Part shown: piece by piece, positions 46,861 to 59,950 of the stretch | Numbering within the stretch: position 1 is the stretch's first letter | Layout of the letters: every line of letters starts with the position of its first letter | Assembly (NCBI RefSeq): GCF_009914755.1 | Contig: NC_060926.1 | Length of the DNA: 64,000 nt | Strand: one strand, 5' to 3' | From: the human T2T-CHM13v2.0 reference genome, Homo sapiens | Translations under genes and position numbers: made by a program | Notes under the pieces: generated by a model | What the model was told of the DNA's origin: nothing | The model's input: the letters and a program-made list of their open reading frames with translations, nothing else | Databases searched by the model: none

Positions 46861-49039
46861 CACATAGATATATAATGCAATGCGAAAATTACTATGGTAA
46901 AGGTAACCATGTTTTGTTAAAAGAGGAAAAAAGAGGAGGAATGATTAGTCATCCTGGTGTCTGTGCTTGATTCATATGGTTCTGAGCTGTTAGGTTTAAA
47001 GTGTCTTTGGAAGAGTTTACGGAGATCTCCTTTGAGAAGTCTACAAATCTAAGCCAGACATTGTTTCCTCATCCATTCCCTAGACATATGTATTTCTTTA
47101 CCTTCCACAGTTCACATTTTTGGTTCTATGAATGGTCATCAGAAGCAACATATTTAAAGCTGAATTCAGAGGTCAATGTTACCATTTTTGCTTGGGCCTC
47201 AGGAGATTATCCTTTTCTTCCCTGGAAAAGTTGATAATTATATTAACCTACAATGTAATTATAAAGAGTAGTCTTTTAAAAAACTAATTCTTTTTTTTTT
47301 AAAAAAATGACACACCAAGCTAAAATAATTTAAACAGAAAAACTTTAAATTTTTTTTCAAGTTCTTTCTTCCCCATAATATTCCACACACAGAGATGGGT
47401 GTGAAAACTATTTTTAAAAGATTAATTTTTTTCCTGTACATGATTCTTGGATTTCCAGAAAATTATCCTTTTAAGATAATAAGAGAATATATAGGAAACA
47501 TGAACAGACATATCAGACATATCCAAACATATTCTAGATTTGGAAATGTTTTTATGTCTATGTTAAATAACTCCAAAACCTCCATACGGTACTTGAAATA
47601 AAATAGAAACAAAAAAAGTATCCAAAGCACTTACCCTCCTACCAATCAACCCAGGAGAGTTAAAAATAGACGAGAAATTTTTTGAGAAAGATGCCATGTG
47701 ACCGATTGTGCCAGAGAGCAGAAAAATAATACTTACAAATTTTCTTTTGCTTTAAAGTAATTCCATCTCCTCTCTACATTTTCTTAAAAAATGGCATAAA
47801 TTCTAAATTGATTTTCAATTATCTTTTGTATATAAATTGAAAACAACTATGTCCTGAGATTGGAACCATAAAGATGCTTGATCTTATTATGGGTACACTC
47901 GGGAATTAGATGCCTGTCTGGAATTTGGGATTGGAGAGCAATACTAAGCTAGGAGTTGAATCAAGATTATCATTCTAGACCTGGGCAAAGAACACCCCTT
48001 CAGAGGGACTGCTTGACTGTTAAAATGGTACAAATTTACCAGCAAGTACCAGGCCAGTTACTGGAATCCCAGAGCTACATTGAGGAGAAAACTGTGACGA
48101 CGACTTTGAGAGCTGAGCTATACTGTGGAAGACAGGTGGGTCTTCACAACTGAATGTACCAAATGGAGCACCAATTTTATTAAGTGCTAGGAGAATTCAC
48201 TGGCAAACTTCCTTATGAATTTGCAAACTTAGCATTAGTTTTTAACACAATCTCCTTAGATGCCCAATTCTTTATATTAAAGTCTTCTCTGAATGGAGAC
48301 AAGAGTGTGTCTGACAATCATGGCACCACCAGGCCACCTGCTAAGAGGGCACCTACTGGCGACTACGGCTTTGAAGCCACTTGAATGGCACCAGAATGAT
48401 TTGCTGAGAACAGTGTGCCCGAGAATGCAGAAATGGGCACCAGCACATTACTGGGTAGAAAAAAACAACACGGGCTTAGAAGAGCCAATGACAAGACTGC
48501 AAGGTCTGGCCTTGGGAATATCTGTGCACTGAAAGGTGTGCAGGACACTATCTCTGACATGGACCTCATCACTGCCCTGGAAAGGAATGCTGGCAGAGTG
48601 GAGAGGCACAGGGCACACTTGTTGAACTCACAATATGTACTATCAAGTTTAAGAGAGATGTTTTATTGCTGTATCCTCTATAGCAGGGTATCACAAGCAG
48701 GGAGCCAACTGGAGAATGTGAAATGTCTTACTAGATCCAAACTGGGTGACATATAGTCAAGTCTGAACCACACCCCTGAGGGGTCACCTGCACACTCACA
48801 CTTCTAGATGTACTAGGCAAAGGGAGGAGGCTCTGCTCAGCAACTTCCTAGATAAAAACAATTGGTCCTAAACTATTTGATTAAACACTCATTTGACAAG
48901 GAAAAGAAATTACTGACAGCCCAGTGAGAAGAAACACTTGGACTCATTTCAGTAAATCCCTCCCAAGAGTTACAGTCATGGCCCAGTATACCAGATAATA
49001 AGGAGCAGTTCAGAAATGGCTTACAAAAGAATCAATTTC

Positions 49040-49660
49040 AAACACACGTCACACTGGCATATAGAAACATGTCTCTCTTCTGTTCAGTGGCTCCCTATTC
49101 TTCTCAGAGTGAAATCCAAAGTGTTTATGATGGCTTGCAGTGTCCACAGGACATGGCTTCCCACTCCCTCCAATTACAGCTCTGACCTCACCCTTTCCTA
49201 CTTTCCCCGCCTCGCTCCTTACCCCCTTCCAGCCACATTGACCTCCCTGATGTCCCCAAAGGTGTGGTCAGGATTTGGCTCCAGGGACATTGCTCTGGCC
49301 ATCCCATTCACCTGGAACTTTCCCCGAGATACTGTTATGGCTCAATTCCTCCCTTCAATTTTGTGGCTTATACATCACCTTTTCAATGAGACCTACTCTG
49401 ACTGCTTCATTTTGAAACGCAAGTCTTCCTCCAGCATTCCCAGACTATCTTACTTTGCTCAATTTCCTATCCATAATCCTTATCATCTTCTCACATACTC
49501 TATAAGAATCTAGTTACACATTTAAATATATTGTCTGTCTTCTTCTGTTGAATGTAAACTCCAAGAGGTCAAGGAATTTTGTCTATTCTGTTTACTGATG
49601 TATCCCAAGTGCCTAGAATAAAACCTGACACATAGTAGGTGCTAATATTTGGTTGAATGG
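49040..49660 (+). mobile_element. LINE2 3' fragment
   Basis: cagtggctccc...ctcagagtgaaatccaaag...gtgcctagaa...acatagtaggtgctaatatttggttgaatg. Confidence 0.8.
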
Positions 49661-49667
49661 AAGATAT

Positions 49668-50645
49668 TGATAATGACAAGAGGCAGATAAATGCCTAGGT
49701 ACATAGGGGCGAATCCCTGATGAAATGCCACCTTCAAGCCAAAAACAGCCTGAAGGCTGAAAGACCACACTGCTGGTTCTGGATGAAAGCCGTGATTCAG
49801 AGTGAGAACCTCTGTTCATGTTTGCCCACCCTTTCCCCATTGATTCTTTCTGAATAATGCTTTTTAACCAACCAAATGTTGCCTTTTCCAATACTGCCTA
49901 TGGTCTGTCCCTCTCCCATCCTGTGCCTATAAAAACCTCAGACTCAGCCACACTGGCAGAGACAACCTGACTTAGGGTGATAGATGACCTGACTTAGGGT
50001 TAGAGACTACTTTCCTGTCCCCTCTCCATTGAGAGCTGTTTCACTGCTCAATATAATTCTCCAACCTCATCACCCTTCAATTGTCAGTATGACCTCATTC
50101 TTCTTGGATGTGGGGCAAGAACTCAGGACCCACCGAATGCAAGTAATCAAAAGGCTGTTAATACTGTGGCCCTTTGCCCTCTGCCAGTGGAGGGCAGCCA
50201 CCCCATGCAACAGGAAGCAACATCAGGGCCAAGCCCCAGCTCTGGAGCCACAGGCCAGAGTGGGGCTAGGAGCTAACTGGGCTGTTAATACACCACCATC
50301 AGTCAGGCTGCAGATAGTGGGACTAAAAGAGCTAATTACCACATTGTAACACCCCTTCTGAGGCTTCAGGGTTGTGGCCACCCCTGCCTGGGCACCACCG
50401 CATTCCCATCAGGGTGACATGGCTGGTCCAGCCACAAGCTCTGCATGGAGCCTGCTGCTGTACCAGTGGTTGGAATGGCCGGCCAGACCCCACACTCACT
50501 TGCTCACATACTCCCTCCCGCTAGGGGCTGAGCGCACAGTCGCAGTGGCCCTGGGTTCCACACTGGAGTGCAAGCCAACCAAGGCCTGGTGGGCTGACTA
50601 GACAGGGTGCCTCCTGCTGTGGGGGCTGAGAAAAATCCTGCATCA
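49668..50645 (+). mobile_element. ERV1 solo LTR (LTR28/LTR1-group-like), 978 bp
   Basis: TG...CA ends (tgataatg...cctgcatca), 4-bp TSD atat/gtat, TATA cctataaaaa at ~49926. Confidence 0.85.
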
Positions 50646-51764
50646 GTATCTTGATATCTTCTTTTGATTATATGATATTAATTGAATATTAGTACTATAT
50701 TCTTTAAATATACAAAAAAGAAATAACATTTTCACCATGGAACACACAAAGCCTTTTTAAAGAGATCTCCATCTTATTCAGTGTAGAGAAAAACAGGGAC
50801 AACATTGCAAATTCTTGGTAAGCATTATCAGGCGAATTCCACAAAACCAGCTTAAACTCTGGATCTTTATAATAAGAATTTCCAATTAACATTCACACTT
50901 AATTCATCCACACTGCTGATGTGACATTCAACTTTGTTTATATCCTACAGTTGGTCACACCAAAGCACAAAAAAGATTAAGAGGCTTACCTAAGATCACA
51001 TAACCAGTTTCGAGTAAGGCCTTTGAAACATCTTAAAGTTCCTTCTTGACAAGGATTTTCAGAACATTTCTAAATTAAGATTTTTTTCCCCAAACTGAAT
51101 GTTTTACTACATAGGATTTGTGAGAACTCAAATTCTTTGATAATGCTCAAATGGAAAATTACTAAAGGCTTACTTACATCAAACAAGAAACTTATAATTT
51201 ATGGTGGATATTGTAAAACTTACTATAAATCTCATGTGAAAACAGAATAAGGCATTTGCAATAGTTGCATCCAATTTCATGATAAAAATGTTAGCAGGAA
51301 TGAGGTGTTCTTTGTAAAACTTCAGACTTCAAGATTTCCAAAGTCTCTTTCAAGTACACACTGCTGTCAGTACATGATTTTCCCCATCATACTTGCATGG
51401 CTACTTTCCTTTGGCAATTATGCTTTATAATGAAAATGTAAACCCGAACCCTTTTAAATGGTGAAGTATGGCCAGCATTTGGTAGCTCGGTAAACACCTT
51501 AGCACAAGATCCAACATTAGGCCCTTCAAGAATTTTCTATGACAATGATGATAAAATGCCTCAATCCTATCCCCTGTAACAAGGCTCAAAGTAGTAGAAC
51601 AAGACTTCCTGCTGTCAAAGAACTTTCATAAGAAAGAGCAGAGTAAATGCTCTTTTTCCATTTGGATAAACAGGCCAAAGACAGTTGAAAAGAACATTTT
51701 AAGCCTCAAAGACAGAATGAAAACAGCAATTATAGAAGGGATAGAGAAAATGAAATTTACAAAA

Positions 51765-53245
51765 ATTCATTCAACAAATATTTATTGAGCATCTACTATC
51801 TACCAGGCAATATTCTAAGTGACAGGGATTTGGGTAGGAGTAAAAGAGTCAAAGTCCCTGTCCTGGTGGAGATTTTGGTCTGGTGGGGAAAGTGGTCAGT
51901 AAGCAGATACATAAGCAAAAATGTAATGTCAAGTAGTAGTAACTGGCTTAAAGAAAGAAAGCTTGGGAATGGGGTGGAGAGAGGTTGGTAGGAGAGTACA
52001 ATTTTACATAGGTTGGTCAGGGAAGCATTTGAACAGGAACCTGAATGAAGCAGGGGACTGAACCACAGGGAGATTTTGGGAAAAGGCGTAACACAAAAAT
52101 GCAAAAGCCCTGAAACAGAAGCAAGCCTACCATGTTCCAAGGAACAGCCAAGTGATGCAGCTACAGCAGCATGGATGAGGCAGAGAGTGGGAGAAGAAGA
52201 CATGAGAGAAACAGACAGGCAGGGGCCAGCTTCCGGACTGTAACAATAACAATAACACTCTCTAGAACCTACTATGTGCCAGTGCTGTTCTAGTGTTTTA
52301 CTTTGATTCACTCATTTAAACCTCTAACAACCCTTTAGGGTAGGAACTATTATCTATAAAATTTTTAACAATGAGGAGAGTAAAACAGGAAGAGATTAAG
52401 AAATTTGTCTAGGATGATAAAGCTGGTACGGCAGTCACCTCGTATCCATAGTTTCACTTTCTGCAATTTCCATTACCCAAAGTTAACCTTAGTCTGAAAA
52501 TATTAAATGGAAAATTCCAGAAACAAACAACTCATAAGTTTTAGATTGTGTACATTCTGAGTAGTGTGATGAAATTTTGCATTGTCCCTTCCATCCCGCC
52601 CGGATGTAAATCATCTCTCTGTCCAGCAGGTCCATACTGTAGATGCTCCCTGCTTGTCAGCCACTTAGTAGCCATCTCAATTATCAGATCAGCTGTCATG
52701 GTATCTCATCACGCAGGCATTTTGTCATCTTGCATCATCACAAAAAGAAGAAGAAGGGTGAGTACAACACAGTAAGATATTCTCAGAGGAAGAGATCACA
52801 ATCAAAGAAGCTATTTTGAGAGAGAGAGACCACATTCACCTAACTTTTGTTATAATATATTGTTATAATTGTTCTATTTTGTTTTAGTTACTGTTAATCT
52901 CTTACTGTGCCTAATTTATAAAGTAAACTTTATCATAGGTATATATGTATAGGGAATAACAGTGTATGGTAGGGTTCAGCACTATCTGCAGGTTCAGAAT
53001 CCACTGGGGGTCTTGGAACGTATCCCCCGTGGATAAGGTGGAATTACTGTATGCACAGAGTGAACCCAGTCTTGCTCCAGTGACCATGCTCCTCAACACT
53101 ACACCTTACTGTCTGTCTAGACCACACTCTGAGGATAATGGAAAGTCATTAAAGGATTTAAAGCAGGGAAGTGACATGATCTGCATTAAAAAATGATAAA
53201 GATAACTCTGGCTGCTGTGTGCAGAACAGATGGTAGAACGGCAAG
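51765..53245 (-). mobile_element. LINE2 interrupted by a MIR (~52240-53112), itself interrupted by MER44
   Basis: L2 tail attcattcaacaaatatttattgag at 51766; L2 resumes at ~53115 (ggaaagtcattaaaggatttaaagcagggaagtgacatgatc). Confidence 0.7.
52429..53049. mobile_element. MER44-like Tigger DNA transposon
   Basis: TA-flanked terminal inverted repeats (cggcagtcacctcgtatcc...ggataaggtggaattactg). Confidence 0.8.
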
Positions 53246-53705
53246 AGAGGATGGCACACAATGCTTCATGCCCAGGCCAACGACCAAGCATGGGAGCCAT
53301 AACCTGGACATGACTCACCTCCTTCTCCATCCTCCCTGTGCAGACAGAGCTATAGCCGATACAAATATCCACCTTAGTGCAAAAGGCTGTGACCCAATCT
53401 CGCACTCTTCAGTTTGACAACCCTGGTGGGGGGCTTGGGCGGGGGGGCGGCACTCATCCTCCTCTAAGCCCTCTCCAAGTCAAACACCATCCTGTAATTT
53501 CACTGTCTACCTCCACCATGCTCTTCTCCTCCCTCTCTTTATTCAAACAACTCCCAAAAGTCCAATTTTCCCCACACTCAATTTTAATCAGTCAAAATAT
53601 AAAGCTCTGATTGTCCATCACTTTGTAGCTCAGTAAAACCCTTAATGCAACATTTTTACTATAGCACTAGTGTTCAGCCTACATAAACCTTTATTCACCA
53701 ACAAA

Positions 53706-54082
53706 GTTTGGCTCTGTGTCCCTACCCAAATTACCAAATTGTAATCCCCATGTGCCAAGGGAAGGACTTGTAATCCCCACATGTCGAGGGAGGGAGGTCA
53801 TTGGATCATGGGGGTGGTTCTCTCCATGCTGTTCTCATGATAGCAAGTGAGTTCTCATGAGATCTGATGGTTTTGTAAGGCAGTTTTCCCTGCTTTTGCT
53901 CACTTCTCTCTCCTGCCACCTTGCGAAGAAGGTACCTGCTTCCCCTTCACCTTCTGCCATGATCGTAAGTTTCCTGAGGCCTCCCCAGCCATGTGGAACT
54001 GTGAGTCAATTAAATCTCTTTTGTGTATAAATTATCCAGTCTTAGGGAAGTTCTTTATAGTAGTGTGAAATGGACTAATACA
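53706..54082 (+). mobile_element. MaLR solo LTR (THE1D/MSTA-like)
   Basis: gtttggctctgtgtccc...ccatgatcgtaagtttcctgaggcctccccagcc...ggactaataca. Confidence 0.9.
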
Positions 54083-54286
54083 CCAACAAAAGTACATTTT
54101 CCTTTTCTATGTATATATCACACATTACAGGTGCAATGAGAATATTACACCACTTGATACTCATATTGCCAGGCTGCCACTGCTGGGTAACAGCTGATTT
54201 GGGTTTAAATTCCATTTCTCCCATTCGCTGGATTTATGACCTTGGGCAAATCTTGAAAACTGCATAGACTCCATTTTCTTAATCTA

Positions 54287-54726
<440 letters not shown>

Positions 54727-55274
54727 AACTCTATTTATTCCTTCTTTTAAAGGGAGCTATGTTTTCATTTCATTACTCAAAAGCACAATTCTCCAACTTC
54801 ATTTCCTTAGCTTTTACTTTTAAAATTTATTTTATTCTAATTTCTCATAAATATACATAAATTAAAACAAAGGCATGCTTATTTATGTTTCTTGAAACTC
54901 TGCTTTCTTAATCCATAGATGCCAAAAGAACAGGCAGCATGGGTGAAGTCCTTACTGTACAGTGATTGTAAACTATGCCACTAAGAGCATAGCACAGTAT
55001 CTCACATGTAGTATCTCCATACTGCCCAGTTCTTCAACAGAAGGTCACTCAAAGCTTAAAATTCTGTCAATGAGCTTTAAGCCTGGCTTGATAAAGAACC
55101 AGATGGAGGTGCCCTCATCTCCCTAACACAATGAAACCAGGACCTTGAATATAGTGTTCAACTTGAGAATCTCTACCTTGTCACTATGTGTGTAAAGAGT
55201 TACCAGGAATGATAATAGCAATTTGATTACACACCCTCCTTTCTTTCCTCTAATTATTTAAAACATACCATGCA

Positions 55275-55625
<351 letters not shown>

Positions 55626-55927
55626 TTAATAGTAAGTGAAGTTTAGCAAATTCTAGAACCTGTAGGATGTTACTTTTACATTGCACCTAAGGCTGAAAAT
55701 TCAGAGAAATATACAATCATTTTGAAATACAATGTTCAATACAAAAGCATCCTTTGGTTAGGAGTAAATTATTCCTTTGATCTTACTGAGTTCATATAAT
55801 ATGGATGAGGAACTATAATAGCTAATTTTATTTAAAGAAGGAGGTTACTCTTATTGAACTAAACCAAATACTTGTTGGAGCTCATCTAATCTCAGCCTGA
55901 AAATATTAGTTAGAAGCATGTGGGAAT

Positions 55928-56221
55928 GGCTGGGGGCAGTGGCTTATGCCTGTAATACCAGCACTTTGGGAGGCCAAGATAGGAGGATTGCTTGACGCTA
56001 TGAGTTAGAGACTAGCCTGGGCAACACAGCAAACCCTGCCTCTACAAATAATTTTTTACAATTAGCTGGGCACGGTGTCACACACCTGCAGTTCTAGCTA
56101 CTCAGGATGCTGAGGCAGGAGGATTGCTTGAGCCCCAGGAATTCCAGACTGCAGTGAGCTATGATCATGCCACTGCACTCCAGCCTAGGCAACAGAGAGA
56201 GACCCTGTCTCTAAAAAAAAA
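55928..56221 (+). mobile_element. AluJ
   Basis: ggaggattgcttga and gagctatgatcatgcc diagnostics. Confidence 0.92.
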
Positions 56222-56244
56222 TTACACAAAAAGAGCAGGGTAGC

Positions 56245-56813
56245 AAACCTCCAAAGAGCTAAAAACAGAACTGCCATTCGACCCAGCAATCCCACTTCTG
56301 GGTATATACCCAAAACAATACAAATCATTCTATCATAATAGCACATGCCTGCGCATGTTCACTGCAGCACTATTCACAAGAGCAAAGACATGGAATCAAC
56401 CTAAATGCCCATCAATGACAAATGGGATAAAGAAAATGTAGTACATATACACCATGGGATACTATGCAGCCATAAAAAAGAATGAGATCATGTATTTTGC
56501 AGGAGCATGGATGGAGCTGGAGGCCATTATTCTTAGCAAACTAACACAGGAACAGAAAACCAAATACTGCATGTTCTCACTTGTAAGTGGGAGCTAAGAG
56601 ATGAGACTCATGGACACAAAAAAGGGAACAACAGACACTGGAGCCTACTCGAGGGTGAAGGATGGGAGGAGAGAGAGGATCAGAAAAAAAAATTAAGCCT
56701 AGTGGCTTAGTACCTGAGTGACAAAATAATCTCTTCAACAAACTCCTGTGACACAAGTTTACCTACCTAACAAACCTGCATATGTACCCCTGAACCTAAA
56801 ATAGGAAAAAAAA
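56245..56813 (+). mobile_element. 5'-truncated L1 (old L1PA-like), ORF2 end plus 3'UTR
   Basis: ccattcgacccagcaatccc...atgttctcacttgtaagtgggagcta...gtacccctgaacctaaaat; sits at the tail of the preceding AluJ. Confidence 0.9.
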
Positions 56814-58423
56814 CAGGTGGGAGAAATATTTCTGAAACATTCATTGCTCCTGATCCTAAAGAATAGTGTTATGAAGTGACTGCTCTCTGTGGGTCCCTCC
56901 CCAAAACTGCTTTATCAGAAGATCAGTTACCTTTCCAGAGATGACTGCTCATGTAAGTCTTTACTAAATCTTCAACATACTTTTCACTAAACTGTGCTCA
57001 ATGAGGGCACTACAGGCATTCTAGTGGGTAATTCTTTGTGAGAGTCTATCCAATACATTGCAGAAACATTAGCATCCTTGGCTCTCAGGCACTAAATGCC
57101 AGTTGCACCCTACATGGCAATAAAAATGAACATCACCACCCCTCTTGAGAATCACTGACTGGCATTTAATAGCCAAAAAGTAAAAAATTTCACTGTATAA
57201 AACTAACTTGTAAGGAATTAGGATAAAACTAAAATTTTGCCCTGGAGTTGTTCCAGTTTTTAAATAATTAATTAAAGTGGATTTTCTGCTTGCAAATTTT
57301 AGAGGTCTATAGAAAACTGAGTCAGTTTGCCACAGTTGCCACAAGATACTACATAAAAACCATGGTTTTATTCTCAAGTTAAAAGTGTTGCTGTAAGACT
57401 GTCATTCAATCAACAGTCTCTAGAATATGGATGTCTATGAATACTTGTCCATTTGAACTTTACCCTAAAAGTAAATCTGTTTTCACATCTCACTCCCTGA
57501 GAGAAGAACTTTAAAATTTGTCAAAAACCATGATTATTCCAGGGACAGATAACCGGCCATGAAATCTATTTAGACTCAACCTAAGGCAATTTTCAAAAGC
57601 ATTTTCTTGTAGGTAGAACCTGTACTTAACAACACAATCCATTTAAAACAAGCAGAACCCTAAAAATTCACAATGAGGTGACTGTCTATATGTAACAGTT
57701 TTGCATGCTTTAATCTCAGCACTGATCTCTTATATCCAGTTGCCAAGTGATAAATGTGCCACATAGTTTGTTAATAATTGTCCCTCAGCCAGCTGGGAGG
57801 GGACCACTTTTAAGAGCTTTTCAAAGTGAAAGGCAGAGAAAACTGTAAATCCCAAACAGCTGGACAAGGAAATCAAGTGACAGTGGAATTCATTCCACAG
57901 CACTTTCCAATATCTTACCTCATATAATCCCAAAGGTTTTAAAATCCATCAGTCAAATGAGACTTAGGCAGCAGCAAGAAGAAACATGGCATTCTTCCTT
58001 AAAATCATACACCTGGCCAACCCACGTGGCAGTTTCATTCATAGGAGCAGCCAGAGCTGAACTGAAGTCAAGGCGGGTCTGGAGTTCTAAGGTGGCTGTG
58101 AAAGCTCTGCAGGTCCACTTCACGGATGCTCCTGCTTCTCTTCCTCTTCCCCCAAAGTTCTAGAAATGAAATACTAGACAGGATTCCGGCAGGTCTCTAA
58201 CAAGAGGCTCCTGTCCAGTATGAATGACACTAAAAGCCACTCCTGCCTTTCATCAAGACTTATCACTGTCCAGGCATCCTAAGTGAAAAAATGTATCACA
58301 TCCCCTCGGCTGAGGCAGTCGTGGCCACACCCCTGTAAAGGGTACAGGATGCAATCGCCCCATCCTCCCCTCAGCTTCCTTCCTTTGCTTTTCCATGGGA
58401 GAATTCCAAAGAATGAGTTATGT

Positions 58424-58425
<2 letters not shown>

Positions 58426-58480
<55 letters not shown>
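58426..58480. repeat. (AC)~27 microsatellite ((UG)n in HECW2 pre-mRNA)
   Basis: 55-nt perfect repeat. Confidence 0.98.
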
Positions 58481-58484
<4 letters not shown>

Positions 58485-59647
58485 GGGCTGATGTCAAACA
58501 AGCTGACTGCAATCCCAGAAAGGGGAGCTTGCTATTTGATTTACTCAGAATAGAGTGGTCACTACCTGAGAACTCCAACTTACCATTACCATAAATCAGA
58601 CATAGCATTCATTTAGGTTACTGAAATGGGCTTACAGTATTTTAACTAATCCAGAGAGAAATTTGTGGACTTGTGATTTCAAACTGTGAAAAAGGACTAA
58701 AGCTTTTTCAAACGTAATATAGCTTTAATGAAAATTCAAACATGCGGTTATCAATGCAGAAGTTATTTTCAAACCTGACTTTTAATGTGAAAACAGATAG
58801 AATCATCAATCTAGCTAATGCTCTTGTCTTATACTGGAAAGAGTTGGGGTAGGGAAATCCCCAGTCCAGATCCACCATTCTTTAATGGAGAAAGGGGCTT
58901 TCTGAAGCTGTTAGCCCACCTGTGTCAGTGGTTGCAATTACAAGGTGCTGGTTTAATGTAATCAAAGGCTATAAGACCATCTCTCTCCAGCAACCTCCAG
59001 GAAAACTAGATGAAATGGTCTTACATGTCAGGTACATTTGCTGTGAAAAGATGCAAACTAGATTTAAGCTTCACACTACATTTGATGGCTGCAATTACCT
59101 CTCTATTGTTCCCTTAACCCAGACACAGTTTGCCCTGAAGCTTCGAAGGGCCACAGAGCTTTGGGCTGATTCTGGAATTGGATGAGTGAACACAGCAAGC
59201 CAGGCACTCCAGGATCACCATCACCCTGTCCAGGCCTCTTCTGGACATGCAAACCCAGCCCAGTTTTAGAACAAATCACTATGACTTTCCAGTGTCCTAG
59301 CAAACAACAATAATAGCAAGCATGTTCAGAATGGTTACTATGTGCCAGGGACACATAGAAGATGCTTTAAAAATAGTATCAAATGAGTGTCACTGTGCTC
59401 TAAGAATAAGGTCAGTAGTGTCATTAGGCCCATGTTACAGATGAGAAAACTAAGGCTCACCGAGAAGAAGTGATAACAGCCAGGATTTAAAGTCTCATCT
59501 GAAAGACACTTAAACCCAAGCTCTTTTAAGATACTCTGCCTTCCTCATATAACACTCTTGAAAATGCCAGCAACCTCACTAATTTAGGTGGCCAATGGGT
59601 CCACAGTGGGCTCAGTCACCACTGGGAGATTAAGAAAAATAAATCTA

Positions 59648-59950
59648 GGCCAGGAACCATGGCTCACGCCTATAATCCAAGCACTTTGGGAGGCCAAAGT
59701 AGGAGGGTCGCATGAGGCCAGGAGTTCAAGATCATGGTGAGACACCATCTCTACAAAAACATGTTTTTTAAACTTAGCTTGGCATGGTGGCATGCACCTG
59801 TAGTGCCAGCTACTCGGGAGGCTGAGGTGGGAGGAGCGCTTGAGCCCAGGAGTTTGAGGCTACAGTGAGCTACAATCCTGCCAATGCTAATCAGCCTGGG
59901 CAACAGAGTGAGATCCTGTCTCTAAAAAGAAAAAGAAAGGAGGAAAAGAA
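59648..59950 (+). mobile_element. AluJ with small internal deletion
   Basis: Dimeric Alu; degenerate TSD ending aaatcta. Confidence 0.9.

Noticed and set aside
49016-52311. 165-aa and 171-aa ORFs (49016..49513, 51796..52311)
   Set aside because: They fall in degraded L2/MIR sequence and have no protein-like features.
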